A DNA stretch of 64,000 bases, from positions 160,001 through 224,000 of the forward strand of contig CAVXVB010000007.1 in NCBI GenBank assembly GCA_963765205.1, in the 5' to 3' direction. Source of the stretch: an uncultured Verrucomicrobiae bacterium. GTDB lineage: Bacteria; Verrucomicrobiota; Verrucomicrobiia; Opitutales; JABDGR01. The translations under genes were made by a program, and so were the position numbers. Shown piece by piece: positions 58,701 to 60,405 of the stretch; position 1 is the first letter of the stretch; every line of letters starts with the position of its first letter. The notes beneath the pieces were generated by a model. The model had not been told where the DNA came from and ran no database searches. It worked only from the letters and a program-made list of their open reading frames with translations.

Positions 58701-60405
58701 CGTGAATTTCAACGGCAACGGCACCATCATCCTGGACCGTGCCACGCCCTACACTTACAATGCCACGGCGACCAACATCCTGGGCGGCACGGTGCAACAG
58801 GACACCGCGAACATCCTGCCCGCGAACACGGCGGTGACGGTTGCCGCGGGCGCCACCTATGCCATGAACGGCTTGAACGCCAGCTTCGGCTCACTGGCGG
58901 GCGCGGGCACTGTGGCGATGAGTTCCCTGACCGGGAATGGCAACTTGACCGTGGGCAACAACAACACCTCCACGACCTTCACGGGCATTATTAGCGGCAA
59001 TGTCAGCGGCCCGAACGGCACCCTGCCCACCACGGATGCGAACTTCGTGAAAGTTGGCACGGGCAACCTGACCCTGGGCGGCAACGACACCTTCACCGGC
59101 CAGACCAACATCACGGCGGGCACCCTGACAGTGAACAGCAGCCTCGCTCTGCAGTTCAGTGATGTAAACTACAACACGGGCGGCGGCAACCTGGTCTTTG
59201 GCTCGGGCGTCACGGCGGTGACGATGGCTGAACTCCAAGGGAATGAAAGCATCGCGCTGACCAATGCGAATGGAACCGCCCAAGGCGTCGTGCTGACGGA
59301 AGGCGGGGACAATGGGACCAACGATTACACCGGTGATCTGACGGGCCTTGGTTCCTTGGTGAAGGCGGGCAATGGCTCGCTGACTTTGTCGGGCAACGCC
59401 GCCTACAATGGATCCACCACGGTGAGCAACGGCTCCTTGACTTTGGATGGCACGGACAACACCTACGCGGGCGGCACGACGATCGCCAGCAACGCGACCT
59501 TTACGTTGGATGGCGAGTTCTCCACCGCCCCCAGCCTGGCCGGCAACGTGTCCAACAACGGCACGTTCAACTACGACGAGGCGGGCACCACGACCACCTA
59601 TGCGGGCGTCATCAGCGGCACCGGCATCACGAATGTGGTTGGCGAAGAAGGCGTCACGGTCGCCGAGACAACGACCGGCAAAGCGACCAATATCACCAAC
59701 GTGTCGGTGACGGGTGACATTCTCGTGTTGACAGGAAATAACACCAACACGGGCAGCTTGGTTGTAAGCAGCAGCGGACTGATCGTGAACGGGACGGTGC
59801 AGTCGGCCATCACCGTTGGCTTCGGCTCCTATCTGGGCGGCAATGGCAACATTGATGCGAATGTGAATGACGAGGGCGGCGCGCTGGCACCCGGCTTAAC
59901 GTCAAATCTGAGTTACAGCAACTCGGGCAAATATGCCATCGTCACCGCGGCGACCCTCGATACGCTGGTTATTACAGGCAACCTGATCTGGAGCCCCTCG
60001 CCGGGCGTGGCCAATGTTTTCCACCTCAGCAACTCGGGCAACACCTCCGACCGGATAAATGTCCTGGGCACCGTGACCACCGAAAACGATGACACGATCG
60101 AATTCGACTTCATGGATACGGGCACCCTGGGTGATACTTACACGTTGTTGACCTCCAGCGGCAACATGGAGAACTTGGGCTTGTCGCTGAGCCAGCTCCA
60201 GGCCGTAAATGTCTGGGAAGGCGGCCGGGGCGACGAGGGTAGCTACTTCATCTTTGCCAACGGCGGCACGGCGCTCGACTTTGTCGTGGTGCCCGAGCCT
60301 TCGACGTGGGGCCTGCTGGCGGGTGGCGCGATGCTGTTGGTCGGCTGGCGCCGCAAGCGCGCCCTGGCCAAGGCCGCCCCGGCCGAGCGCAACACGCAGG
60401 CGTAA
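20439..60405 (+). CDS. Giant (about 13,300 aa) PEP-CTERM-anchored surface protein with autotransporter-associated beta-strand (PATR) repeats; joined across 5 frameshifts
   Basis: The only signal peptide is at the first ORF (IIFLFGALLAGLLVPLGARA) and the only PEP-CTERM is at the last (VVPEPSTWGLLAGGAMLLVGWRRKR). The repeat pattern continues across single-base shifts at about 22605, 32104, 38323-38330, 46055 and 50510-50517. Confidence 0.85.
22627..32496 (+). CDS. Giant adhesin ORF segment 2 (PATR repeats plus nested insert domains; real frame ends about 32104)
   Basis: Many LxKxGxGTLTLxGxNTYTG repeats. The tail after EGTL is out-of-frame sequence. Confidence 0.8.
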   Translation: MGTANLTGGTNPAITLTLGNLTNGSSYNGTTTISAGTIVMANSSALGNSTLIYNTGGGVLSFGTLTTANLGGLSGNQNLALTNATGTNITLNVGGDGASTTYTGVLSGNLGNFTKSGGGTLYLTQNNTYTGFTNITGGQLEIGNINALGANVDGAANSNTSLQAASLNISGGGVEWAPNYLSTSGDNGDFTGKLGVPSPSTPNIGNANFNTNGNNITLTNNILFPNGTYALSGNVGMTAVPGNASETITKSGTGTLVLAEPLTINVTTGGNGSATSATVNVTNGTLQLGNFAVAGGQPVSTAVGATFSIAYNISDNANLTMEEPVSATISGAISGNGVLNVNSTAGQVANLTTTVAGANNDILYTAASGVGPTGNNITVAYNTGFTNSSLDSQYANGTGAPTFSVSGNAITVNLANDGTAHGANFTTTFGSNNDVTYTANTSTEFGAAGNGINIAYVNPNATTTSTTAVVNATTNTITVNLANTGYATANQTVQGLTYTANTTNFGGTAGNGISVSYVNPETSNAPLGFVVNGTNLTVNLATGSFTSANLATGPANGNITYTAKANGTATDNIQVAYVVAGNNTPLTLNVTGNLITVNLATGPSGTVSTTAATLITTINGNSSANAVLTAANTTGSTGASTLTALSATNLTGGLNGASAANLSTNSTATGSNVTFTSVGLGTAQDNIKVAYVIPSTANSPLSIGVSGNNITVNLATNGADAPTTTAAQLVTAIASTPLAANLVSASDPIGNGTGVVALSNVSLTSLANATDPSITTNATALQTALTANLTSNATLGALLSAVAGTGTSNLTTAGATAFANGSTGTITANASQVVTAVNAVASALVTAAVASNETGAGLITNGTGTILATNLTGGLNPNITTTAEDLLTAISGNTNVLNLVSANLASGNDVGEGLLTGMNTTSLGGGAISTATTLTLTGSNSFNGTINLNGGTLAIAVTNGTNNSTTTLQNSILNYANGTFNYGNSTIVDLGGLTGNQNIALTNPQNGKNVQLVIDGFQSPATSSILGGTSNTSTGTGVLYTATPNNTNGNLSIAYVVSGNNTVPSVTVSGNDVITVNLATNATGAVASNMTAAAVAALINANSAASALVTAASSGTGVVGALSATTLANAANPTAGAAGTVVSNGVYSGVLFGAGSLFKSGVGILTLSGTNTYTGGTVITGGEVDFASGVNFGTGNLVLFNGGIQWAPGTTTDISSQLKGPFGGLIGNLTQNSGNDTLDTNGNNVIFNTPVSGNGTLVKAGQGILTLAVPNTYSGGTILSAGLIDFSSLSDFGTGQITLAGGGLQWGLNTNLDVSSRLNPVVMGANATFSTPNNLNPAFTNTNIGLVITANGSTTLADGSNGNNITIIFGLSPSNTTGLTINGTTINVALNTTATASNVVSLINGNATAAALVSAALAPGSNGGGVDNYFGTFKLSGGTDSTLDTQANNVTLSASLTGPGGLAKAGSGILTLTGINTFTGPTSVNAGTLTLGNSLALEDSTLTLTNGSVGTLNFGSLTSVTFGSLAGNGTLDLSNSVPSANATTGVLNLIVGLNNLSTTFNGTITDVNSYGGTVTKVGNGTLTLTTPNTYTGQTFLNGGAFDFNNVNNFGANGDANLTINGTLGTSVIWAPQATGPSADISSILNSTGGLVTGNITFNSNSNEVTLATPLKGSANLTAAAGTSILTLAGGVSSSGLPNVTITSGTLALGNIGSNGGNTSGNIAINNGTTLYFNENTAQTFSGLLSGGGNINVNPGMPALSVAAESPANTNLNLFANVFGPISNNITVQYVNPEANNQALGVTVNNTTASLLVGSVGANNGITITPNAANASVAGIYGDGITIQYVQGGGNTTTAASSGNVITVTLKSGGDTAADVITALANNATVAALVTATNATVANVTSTGAGIINTTVTTTASLPLMGGATAIVASLATDGNGTAANATTTFGNNNDLVFTANGTGATGYFGFAGNNITVQYVNGVGNNTATTASVTGNTITVTLGTNGTGVVNATAAQVAAAIAANTSVAALVTVANAANSNGLGLVSATTLNLTGGVDPNITTSASALLSALNGNTTVLTAGLGSGSNGSGDVTNGTFTLSGGLNGSATPVTLSDNSNLFSGNVYLSNGSLTLGAPLALQYATVNDNLGGGTLSFGSLTNATLGGLTGNGNLALVTTAGSGNVTLTLGQGNVSSAFSGIISGNVSTGAGSLIKIGSGTLTLSGINTFTGGMVIEGGLVNFNSVRSFGNGGANSVTLLGGGIQWATNTATNVSGILNPVLASGPTNDLNTFDTNGNSVTLSTALSGVGGIVKQGAGTLTLTGNNTFIGPTFINAGSLALGNGTLPGFLINSALTNNSSLLFNEPLDTVYSSVLGGGGGVSQAGQNSSGIYSITTGNTTANNGLTYVATVANPTGAGVTVSYVQGTGSTTTVGVSGSNITVTLPAGGANATQVLTALTGCSSALALVTPELTPVIAPSVAVPNNTGNGSVSVTGPLNMSAPLYQATIGSASQGTGLTFTASTATAGAAGGTTTIQYLAGTVANPTVSVNATNNTVIVTLSNVTANNTASNVLAALTAAINSNTGGIDNYLSNVTLTPGPQAFGVTAGAGLVTAASPKLIAPFTNLVLTGNNSYTGTTSIQAGTLVVGSTLALRDTTLNYNTTTSGILAFGYANATASYPVTAANINIFNGNTDLALINNQGGGVAFSIGDNNGSSSYSGNLTGPGSIFKVGSGTLTLGGNLSSYAGGTTVAGGTILLTSADDSTSSHPLGTGLITMNGGTLSLPSGDTFDPTAQGFTLGTVTANVNGTLTQVATNSTLITVSNLTLASPITGPSNGAASGLDIQTGSNITTLVATSTYLGTTTVGAGTTRGNLTLSNNATSTGGLAGPINLSGNLGNSTFSNLTFNISSSAPGLTAGNYTFTQNISGNGNLSENGTASLILSGTNTYDGNTTIAAGAGSIYLGSSNALGNSTYASNSTTAGTLQFLAGAGGTFVLGGLAGNASIPLVDTGNNPVILAVGANSITSATPYNGTLSGAGGLIKTGSGTLVLVGNQTYTGATAIPFGTLQLGNNTAGLTTVLTSTSGINDVGNLAFDEPAGTLTLSTLISGGGTLAQIGNVGSTLVFINPNDALSGGWTVTNGVIQFGDGTQPNATLNTTHTTQPEGTLHHHLPRGGDIQRYAVHREWGPGQHGGYDVYPGHGHFGAKRLHEHHARQFDHRLGKHGADVDGQWDGEHDLRRHVGQQHLDCLCDAGNAELTAELYADGECVDREFGHERHRHGGQQYSWRHFQYEHRHRR
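32123..38338 (+). CDS. Giant adhesin ORF segment 3 (ends at G8 tract)
   Basis: PATR repeats. It stops at NYVTTGGAL and continues as LSFGSL in the next frame. Confidence 0.8.
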   Translation: MVIFNDTQSIVNGALANTVVTTFIQGTGTLVQNGYTNTTLANLTTGSGSTALTWTANGTGNTTYGGMLGNNISIAYVTPETPNSPLSFTLTGNALTVNLATNATGTAASNILGGTSNTSTGTGVDYKAVTIGSAGNNIAVNYVVAGDNTPASVAVSGNTITVNLATNATGVVLPTMTAANIAANVNANPAAALLVTASSTGTGVPSANFSGTLGQATGGNNTLQSAGVDTVSITTPANIASAFTNGTANATVTGILTVAGTGAGNLSALAATNLANGVSLPASLTLTNNNTITTVSFNSTSAAATTAPGDLILGGSLALENANITGYNTGGNIGNLNLNAVNATNTIANGGLTAVTLGGLNGNKTLDISNLTFTLGNNNVSSTYAGILASATGPATLVKTGNGTLVLVNNSTFNTSASATPLGSNVTVNNGTLQLGNATLQGMVPGSIQVLSPNISNGTIATLTLAEPLNFTYGNVVFGSGNLTQNGNTPATQAAGTTALTNANSNITYTAVAAGTAGNAFNVSYVNPGTQNSPLSFTVNSTNLVVSLATSNNGVNANATTSFGNNEDLLFMSEKSGTSSNGITVSYVNPGTFLAAPTIASANATNVVVDLATTAATAANATMSTNQLSFTAKAAGAQGDNIQVVFATPSGASDTVTVSGNIITVTPKTGGDSPANIVTALGNATLSIAPSLITAAVGSNSTGNFTTSEAATTLANGTNLTINATTNTATAIANLINSNATANAVLTANIAPTQTGAGDVTTLGTFTLANGANASIASNMTAANILAAELANSSVTGNVTPSLSGTGAGLVTAFGPITLSGATAAIGNTLTLTGANTYTGNTTVSQGTLQIGNGTAGSISPNSSISLASSTNLIIDEGPTITLSNPITGAGNVFILQTNPVTLTATNFTGGTYIGQGGTLVLGGNTALANSTLNLILGNSSANGALSFGTLTNASIGELSGNENLVLSSGSTPLTLTLGNNTNAAAAIYTGNLSGSVAGTNLIKTANSQPLTLAGTLTFNGNITTNGTLTLSGNVQIGGGINVNNGTLTLSGPNNTYTGGTTINSTATAQFNSASSFGTGQIVVNNGTLQWNGPNVSAPNLDISSHLTNGIATGNVTLNLVNTGGVAENVTFNSAIGGSGNLIIQGFNGTNGTAATTGAANASITYSLPTTLSNLGNGIQVALVNPEIANSSLGVSVANIAANLATGNTASNNGITYSANTSTASVAGIFGNNITIAYVNGNGLSVPTTASVTGNVITVTLGTDATGNLSVANTTAQSVINAINANSSVKALVNASLTTGDTGGTGLVIPQAATTFTGGATTVNVSLATNTSGTLANTTLGTSQPDAAVTFTAPKQGAAAVTIAYVNPGVANSTLGVASNSTATNIVINLATDANGNVTTTAAQIASLIGNATVANATFSNGTAVNTVVYASLPATDSVGGGVVPVQSATWTAGTAAGITSNATQVISAINGNTSLIVASNTTGSTGAGLVTAASANLTGGVNAGVLTLNAADPNLNGPVNITNGTLLLGNNNALQNATLNYGPGAGVLQFAPGILSPNIGTVNLTANLQLTTTAGQSITLIEGGNNQTTTFTGTLSGTTVNNVGNLTKIGTGILFLGANNTFNGTTTISGGEINFSFAGNYTTYTQGATATNFGYQPNIVLSGGGLQWGAGVTVDLSPNITIGGTNALDTIDTNGQNVALASTGFSGTGVLVKAGGGTLTLTQPETYSGVANASLGLGTTIITGGALQLGNGSTSGIGSVATGSNITDNAILIYNEGVNTTVNNLITGTGGLVENGINTGQASNTTTFGSQKDLTFTAVAGGNLTYNISYVAPTALGATPSVTVSGGSNITVHLGSVSGNANLTTNVGANANILYTAKTTGGGGNSDTVTYVAAGNNTPLSLAVSGSNITVNLATNATGGVTSTANQVLAALAANTSVTALVTPTIAPGNDGTAVVAALSQTPLANGTSTPTANSTAEQIMLLLQNTPAATTLINAVLANGENGSGVLATTGSPIVVSGGSSSTAATSLTLNAANTFNGTTSIQAGTLILGVPLALQDSTLNYVTTGGAL
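38335..46377 (+). CDS. Giant adhesin ORF segment 4 (real frame ends about 46055)
   Basis: PATR repeats. The tail after NITND is out-of-frame sequence. Confidence 0.8.
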   Translation: MSFGSLSAATLGGLTGNQNLALTNGTSAAVALTVGQNNGSTAYSGNLTGSGSLTKSGTGIFTLGGSGDSYSGGTTVTGGLINFNALAQFGSGALVLSGGGVQYTLGLTADVSSLIGATGLGAGNDTIDTNVNNETFGTALGGAGTLVKAGAGTLFLSRHDTYTGGTIITNGLIDFTSVASGSTNFGTGVITLAGGGLQYSVASTGTDVSPNITLGTGLDTIDTNGTTETFATSVPGTGTLVKAGAGTLILDAVEGYTGGTVINVGTLQLGNGAVNGSMNATLPSFSNIQDNAVLNFDEAGSTSFGGIISGTGNLTQVAANTLTLTGASTFDGTASILSGGTLTLGISTALQNATLSYTTTGGAFSFGSLPNAALGGLSGNQTLPLTNNGSAAVALTVGANGFNTTYSGILSGSGSLTKIGNGTLTLNPTGTNSYAGNTTVNGGTLDLASAGALSNAGTSALIVNNASVLNGLGGALSINNNQTWSGNLNYIGSFTFGNAATPSTLTLASNSTLNLSGNVLVYNVNPANATLAGAAGNNVSITYVKPGTANSAASLSVTGNAIVINLATDANDNVSSTANSILNLIGNSSVTNGTAAGNLVTVALGANSTGTGLLNASALASLTGGNATSNATLTSIFGTTTINDAIVQTGTPGETLAVTGAGNLTFGGNGTAAANLTSSINAPHLSVTGNEVITIGTGAVVNAGAPSNATNQGYNVFGFNPGDNVTLTLTGNGILNSGNVEVGLGNTGALQGVINSTLNIGGTSQLTANDLWIGEGSTGDSVSDFTTALVNQTGGTVILTGNSAGGGGLQLGGQFSYVLSSTNVTYNFSGGNLETTSIVAANVGTTGSVLFNFNGGILTALANSSIAGVNGATANTTFISGGALGVNSLVDNAGGAIINTNGFNITIAQNLTHNLTLGLTLDGGLTKVGAGTLTFPITQNDTYTGNTTLGNATTVGGTLNVSQDSALGGNPNATLIFGNTATLQLGSTFTLGQGRTVSIGSSLTGIIDTQTYTLNFGGNIVGHGSLEETGSGTLNLFGFNTYNGSTIINSGTLELNYASPGAPSTNMINGTSALVLNGGGTLLLQAIPVALTDTQNFSSTQINGGTGVATVTINGSAAASGPTVNLNFGPMSRTTGGVLELTEAGNGSLNFLTPSSAGLNAHDITDSDHTPFVVLSTANNGVDWGAYGNASTTGAPIVPLNQVNGYTLITSAANLSNVNSPTESVALSSPLQKFQLSSNVTMSDISYLTPQSVNPIIDINQIYAMAVGGVLVSNGIGNGNTAEIADGAITPVAAGGDLLVVQGQLGGSSGAGLIFTNTILANVGGQPTSLVKMGVGNLAVDGGPGFNGFTPFTGNTYLDQGFIQLSPVSTENGANGTTVNSFLENSELIFQGGSLNIPLNPSGFAQVGGIAGTQNIVILSDGTLALTPRAGVNAVLSGNINSLASAAQFSLIMAGPGSETLSGNNFIEGGIITLEGGTLKIGGAAIFGNGTTNTEDTLYLQGGSIDSLGFTSVVNNTTLTNTLNPIPISFVDPNNINPNGAVTYVGSTTGLTLGLNGNITLATSSSSATNTITVTNNTLTLAGVIGGNSEIVKAGPGALQLTGNNGNITGGVYFNGNILLTGGNLVVTNDLQLGLVPTLTGTTASSGNILIEGGALNANFAISGNRVIEVGNATLGNGTFNVSTNTSTVVSGYIEDVTGNTGGILQLEGNGTLVLNGGAANTYTGGTVLSSGILNIISTALSTAGTADGALGAAAAGVTFTGNATLQAGTTTDLNAARLVTVSPGVTGNLNTNGQALSIEGTITGTSINANLTTSFGTSNSNLILAVNGTNASLTGVNATAGDNVTIQYVKAANGTASTTAAVTGNVITVTLSDTANGVINATAANVLAAINANSSVAALITPSETSGSNGNGVVALLGTSNLSGAVLPGTLNEAGTGILTLNGSSNFTGGLTLNAGTLNIGNAQALGTGTLTINGGAFDNTIGANANITYTAVASGAGGNSIKISYVNGGANKTLGIDPASNGTNIIVDLGTNSEGSVTSSAAQIVSLIDNTGAFSNLSLVNTVVLAQDAGSGAGFATPMAATSLAGGGTNTTAALTTALGVNATMSGNPQLLINGNFTYLGTATSLSMGSGNVTLSTTPSITVSNNSLTLDGVISGAGLGLTKLGNGTLVLGAQNTYNGITTVDGGTLALDFTQPGAPTNNILSTASTLAMGGGATLAVIGNGTDTQSVTTNPLIGGSNLSLTNNATGVLTVNLGTITRSPGGAVNIIAPGIVDDLVFAANTTNFAGANGNGIKVVFATPTGASDNVTVTGSGNSSTITVTPKAGGDTLANITAAIEASANATALVSVSNVGLGNVSTTATTTLSGGAVGVAAGNTTAFAAGDVVTTVTGSQGFQLADPNTGAQFAVVTFPVNSNNTFAGTTTDFAAIGPGGTIVPYSTIGTYFGDSAANATLVAVDGELAPSVGNQPLINTDIPSTSSAINVTNNYAINSLRFNQPNGAPGNVLNINGTLGVNGILVSANVAGAGGAAPIIGGTGNLEAANPGGELAIFTYGNFGAGVSSLFISTNITNDVRREQSDQGGHRELELEWHEHLHRLVLFGCGQCDPERAGRRHEQPGGGKRDPQRQQPGRLFPVRLRHSHGEHRLPDGQRLGEPAGYRHDPERGDAQSRALGEHEQHL
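45902..50521 (+). CDS. Giant adhesin ORF segment 5 (real frame begins about 46055)
   Basis: AASNLTKAGTGNLSLNGTNTFTG onward. The first ~50 residues are out-of-frame sequence. Confidence 0.8.
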   Translation: MWRGRAGRHRSSAGRGTWRRPIRAVSWRSSPMVILARECRACSSARTSPMTFAASNLTKAGTGNLSLNGTNTFTGSFYSDAGNVILSAPGGGTNSLAAENATLSVSNQGGSFLFDSAILTANIGSLTGNGSVNLQDIATTPNAVTLNLAPLANTNSIFNGTLTGNGALTINGPGEQTLSGTSTYTGGTTLTGGTLAIGSAGALGGGGLVINAGNLDTVAGNTTVSLTPVTFGNLYINFLGTGNLAFANSNNPFQVGNTDFNVNVVKNTLTIGNATSIVYTAKPGVSSGNLYVAYVNPGPNNPTANVTVAPNPANTTQTNVTINLATNSNGSIISTASQILNLINSNLTANSDLTVALGSVYNDPNAYLGAVGPANINTGAGQTQFFEGGLVGSGNLALSGNGTLFMQGGSVGSNATTSFTGNYFVGNGSTLDISSNTSLGANPGALVNYLNMVNGSTLETTGNTTLAGNQSFNVLNGANVTIDTIGNASNLTITYWAGNGNIIKTGSGNLTSAIGGNEGTTANTSSFSGNIIVQQGFLISPNSSAAPFGSPNVNVVLEGAGGGLWYNGSGQTYANNIILEPNPNGGSNFSTIIPVNFANNGTTATTNNNINSVVSRTNSSVVLEVLFPTANNLISFEAGTNFVGYNGTVLFSVSSGNAGEIRLFSTVESGGQIANAGNGSITGVPAGVTMNFTTGLLSNGAIPQFTNAPLSPSAIYDFGNATLLPGGAGFTLIERDASTQGHFDEATIYMGDLNGGTSATTIGDPNGTAEPGFLVTGMLNLNSTWNGVIEDAGGGNGYNITKTGTGTWTWTNSQLNSGLTTIQGGTLQIGNGGLTGALGFNATSANVYSTVLDNANLSFDYGGNQNVQNPITGPGTVQQIGTGILTLNGNNTYTGTTIMTTGTIQTSLIANAYVPSPIGASSTLTAGLLFNGGTLQYVGNGTTSDRLFTISPNGGFFDASGVSGNLTGNVTNGTISILSGGTAAGGGAPAALATNTTSFAGETLYYTGAAAGTADNGVAISYVQGTGANTTVGVSGSNITVTLKAGGDTGNDVAAAINSNPQANALVYAYSGALVMTNPGNIGVSGLGVAENLTLTGNGTGDMYPNIVDDGAGQTSIFKTGTGTWTLDGNQTYSGLTTVSNGILQINGTLVNSNVLVTGNGNLSNINNNGVISQNVTVQNGGMITPGNGVIGILTAGNVTLNGGGIFNVEVNPVGGNLTYAGTSLNTSLLEFTHNLTIAGGSFEFSVLGTGAPFTTPGTYAMFELGPNATIVGGAGSFNNLNWQGAPVGFTFSLAPLAGGNSDIYAATVAFTPSQGFWTANTTSSGNWSVNANWDGNNSVVPNAAGAQAVFPAIQSGPYSVIVDGNFTIGNLTLSGANAYTLNTANGTQSLTMNNSGNQAILFIAGGNHTVNVPLVLAANIGMNIDAASGTGVTLNSPISDANGTVHGNITLGGAGNVSLFGNSTYSGTTALNAGTTIVNNANSLGVGGNIVLGGGLLEWASTTNGFASNATGDISMNGSVSRNITIVGGNATFDVPPG
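50524..60405 (+). CDS. Giant adhesin ORF segment 6 with C-terminal PEP-CTERM sorting signal
   Basis: PATR repeats, then VPEPST, a hydrophobic helix and RRKR. Confidence 0.88.
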   Translation: MTLAGNIGDGSVGNVTMTGGGVLALGGLNASSSNGYVGNTILSQGLIQFSALTNLGLGNIIMNGGGLQWAPGTATDASQFNIFLTGNGIFDTNGNNVTLANPVGRGGSGSLTKVGNGVLTLAAGSNSGNITGSVILDAGTTTLGFAGNTTNNGTLTTTAVIPGTTENGVTLNYIAGSGNTTTVSSVVGTGNSSVVTVTLAAGGDSTTDIENAILANSTASQLVSVGGTGNVTGGTVTLGNGTGILSGIGITNDLQLGTVPTTFNPISVILNGGALVVNGNVTIAGTRGIALGNGSAGVSGGAFYIPVGDVLTVNPIISNYGNSSGQLVIEGGGSFVVGTNAANAYTGGTLLINSIINLTNLASSDVGTSAALSTGTIEVKGTSTINAGNGIHGLNSQNLQIDPGATVTLISGGKQFSGINVTGSGNYVFDGSNVVEYTGTAGSFTGNVFLNGVFEWEPQTGQGGSFTNATVYLDAGVQFAPRDNGNGTVWNMGALNAAPGANLTSVLVASTNSGNVTYNIGLPNTTSTFSGNIENSFGANISSNTGNVTSINIVAGRFIFDGTDSAFLGTTTINPGAVLQIGDNSVAALGMGNHTAGNMHDNGLLVLAMNTTGNITETAILSMNGGASNGAGVTATSAGLASDIEGNGSVQDLIAGNLVMNQNNDSYTGSTEIDGGTMSVAFLANGGQNSGIGAGSANASSLVLNGGTLAYTGSSTTSPAGVTTDRLFTIGNATSDLGGDIVADGTGANGALNFSSTGNIVATATTTSPTLSFDGNFDGINNFAPTITDVNTTVPTNVSIVGSTSWNFNGTNTYTGATNILNGNLAVTGPFMTSSVVNVNGGNLVSNSTIQGTVNLMNGNLMPGFNVVTDSTGGQAPIGGPLNTGGVLTPNNLNVNAMNVTGGIIDITFNGAGGNTQIRTVDMFNSINVGAANGLTLGNGTTFNFYTFNPNATVSVNLGTPWSTTGFYNLFEYTGTAGGVYGLNPNLLNSSNVLNAVTGVDYIFGENPVTVGNITDNYFYVDITTPPDNFDWTASASGNWSNAANWNYGIPGISANISGNIINGVGAVAEFGPFNILAQGANATNVTLDVNPHISGLLFTSGTPYDIVGTTGNILTFSNGGTNASTITDAKGNNTVQANSVMDAGGILVDVAPNLTLSLAGNIGQSSGTAAVTQQDSGTLVLSGLNTFAGGFTVNNGNLDLNAGGNSTASPLGTGLFTINGSINLDNTSGSPVTIATNNPVKINDSFSFTGSSDLNLGTGAVTLNTTTPVITLVGASNLTFGGPIGSSSAANLTVTGTTTTSGNLVLNGASTFAGNLILTSGNLNLGGSLAANLVVSGNTDVITLPAGTQTTGAATFTANTATIAGSGNFSPASVTISPSNATNGTSNTTISANIVGSGYVNMNSANSTLTLNGTNTFNGTGLAASNTTNVAGDALSFTAASPGSAGNVITIQYTVGNSSVTNTTVTSVSGNTIIVTMKNGGDTGADVAAAIQGNSAASALVNVVNVGSGVLALSNGSLTGAGNSTLSGGALGVAATNTTLFDSNAGSVVYTGTSNGTADNGVSIVYVTGTGANTTVSSVVGNVITVTLANGGDTVANVTAAIAANATAASLVNLGTSGNSGVIAVNGTSTLAGGGTNVNLVSGTLNVGSAGALGSGPITIIGGHLVNTSGSAITSLTSNNAINLNGTLTFGGSTNLDTGTGAVTLLNNSVINQAGTSVSVLELDGNILGNGFTLTTNGTGRLNLGGTSYVFNNTTLNGPVLTLGGVVSFTNNAIISANNSGTGAAVRVNGTVSMGGSSALSTNAEVDVGNGTVGVLTFNSTGNINANDLYVGVGNTANSSVSATGTVNQTSGTIDLSGTNGTYALILGNGTGGTGSTSSSYVLGNGTAGSATLIATNIGQGGSGTGTSTLTLNGGVIVPTGNSTNFIAGLTKAQIGLGGFTLNTAGDTVTLMQNLTSDTGNTGGATDGGFTINGGGVLDLGFNATTGVAVTESYTGNTNISNATVFLGNVTDTSVSITGGNVVVGANGTLDTASKSLTVPVFVNNGGVLKVEANSITTDASITIANGGKLISNGGGATLNSAVTISSGATFQPGVPTGNGITTINGSLSLAAGALVPIYFDTSAPANPDKIVLTGTGFTNFSGNLVDFDLYQSNGDQFLSTNGTANYTLITSVGGVGNVSNFVWANAPTFGNFSDSFSIVNGDNVQISITSSLAPNQWILATGGSWGNATAWSFVTPSSNETVLPPNGAGANFTVTLADGFISSPSTITLDGNRTVGGINFLSTVPFTIAAGNATTNTLTFDDGSGIAATLLVPQGNDTISALVALTSNSVLSANINTGSTLTLSGGVLKAASGTDKGITVIGTGTLILSGNDTYVGNTTINAGTLVLSGNDTATTGDAILNAGNLDINNATALGTGPVIINGGAIDNTSGANLTLTGTNTFTINNSFEFIGSGNLVLGTGNDTITQSVSLDVNADSLTLTGNLLDSTSGSSLFNKTGNGTLILKAASSNISTIEISAGTVILSGGANRLTTSTSSSLELGNGATGSGLLILGDNNGVANQTLTSLVVEGNGTANAIEGGAATASLLTINLASNTTTDTYSGLLGLGNGNFTVTAANELALTKIGNGTLVLTGNNSYLGNTTVSKGILVISSDSNLGAPTSVLVMGNNTAPTSNTPTLELASNNSMTSNRQFAFNSTVANLTVEANSTLTLGANASITSNNTGDGVNFNGNGTIILDRATPYTYNATATNILGGTVQQDTANILPANTAVTVAAGATYAMNGLNASFGSLAGAGTVAMSSLTGNGNLTVGNNNTSTTFTGIISGNVSGPNGTLPTTDANFVKVGTGNLTLGGNDTFTGQTNITAGTLTVNSSLALQFSDVNYNTGGGNLVFGSGVTAVTMAELQGNESIALTNANGTAQGVVLTEGGDNGTNDYTGDLTGLGSLVKAGNGSLTLSGNAAYNGSTTVSNGSLTLDGTDNTYAGGTTIASNATFTLDGEFSTAPSLAGNVSNNGTFNYDEAGTTTTYAGVISGTGITNVVGEEGVTVAETTTGKATNITNVSVTGDILVLTGNNTNTGSLVVSSSGLIVNGTVQSAITVGFGSYLGGNGNIDANVNDEGGALAPGLTSNLSYSNSGKYAIVTAATLDTLVITGNLIWSPSPGVANVFHLSNSGNTSDRINVLGTVTTENDDTIEFDFMDTGTLGDTYTLLTSSGNMENLGLSLSQLQAVNVWEGGRGDEGSYFIFANGGTALDFVVVPEPSTWGLLAGGAMLLVGWRRKRALAKAAPAERNTQA

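Noticed and set aside
26815..58797. Very long antisense ORFs (1108, 1533, 854 aa and many shorter ones) opposite the giant gene
   Set aside because: These are shadow frames caused by biased codon usage of the sense gene. They are Arg/Val/Pro-rich with no recognisable motifs.
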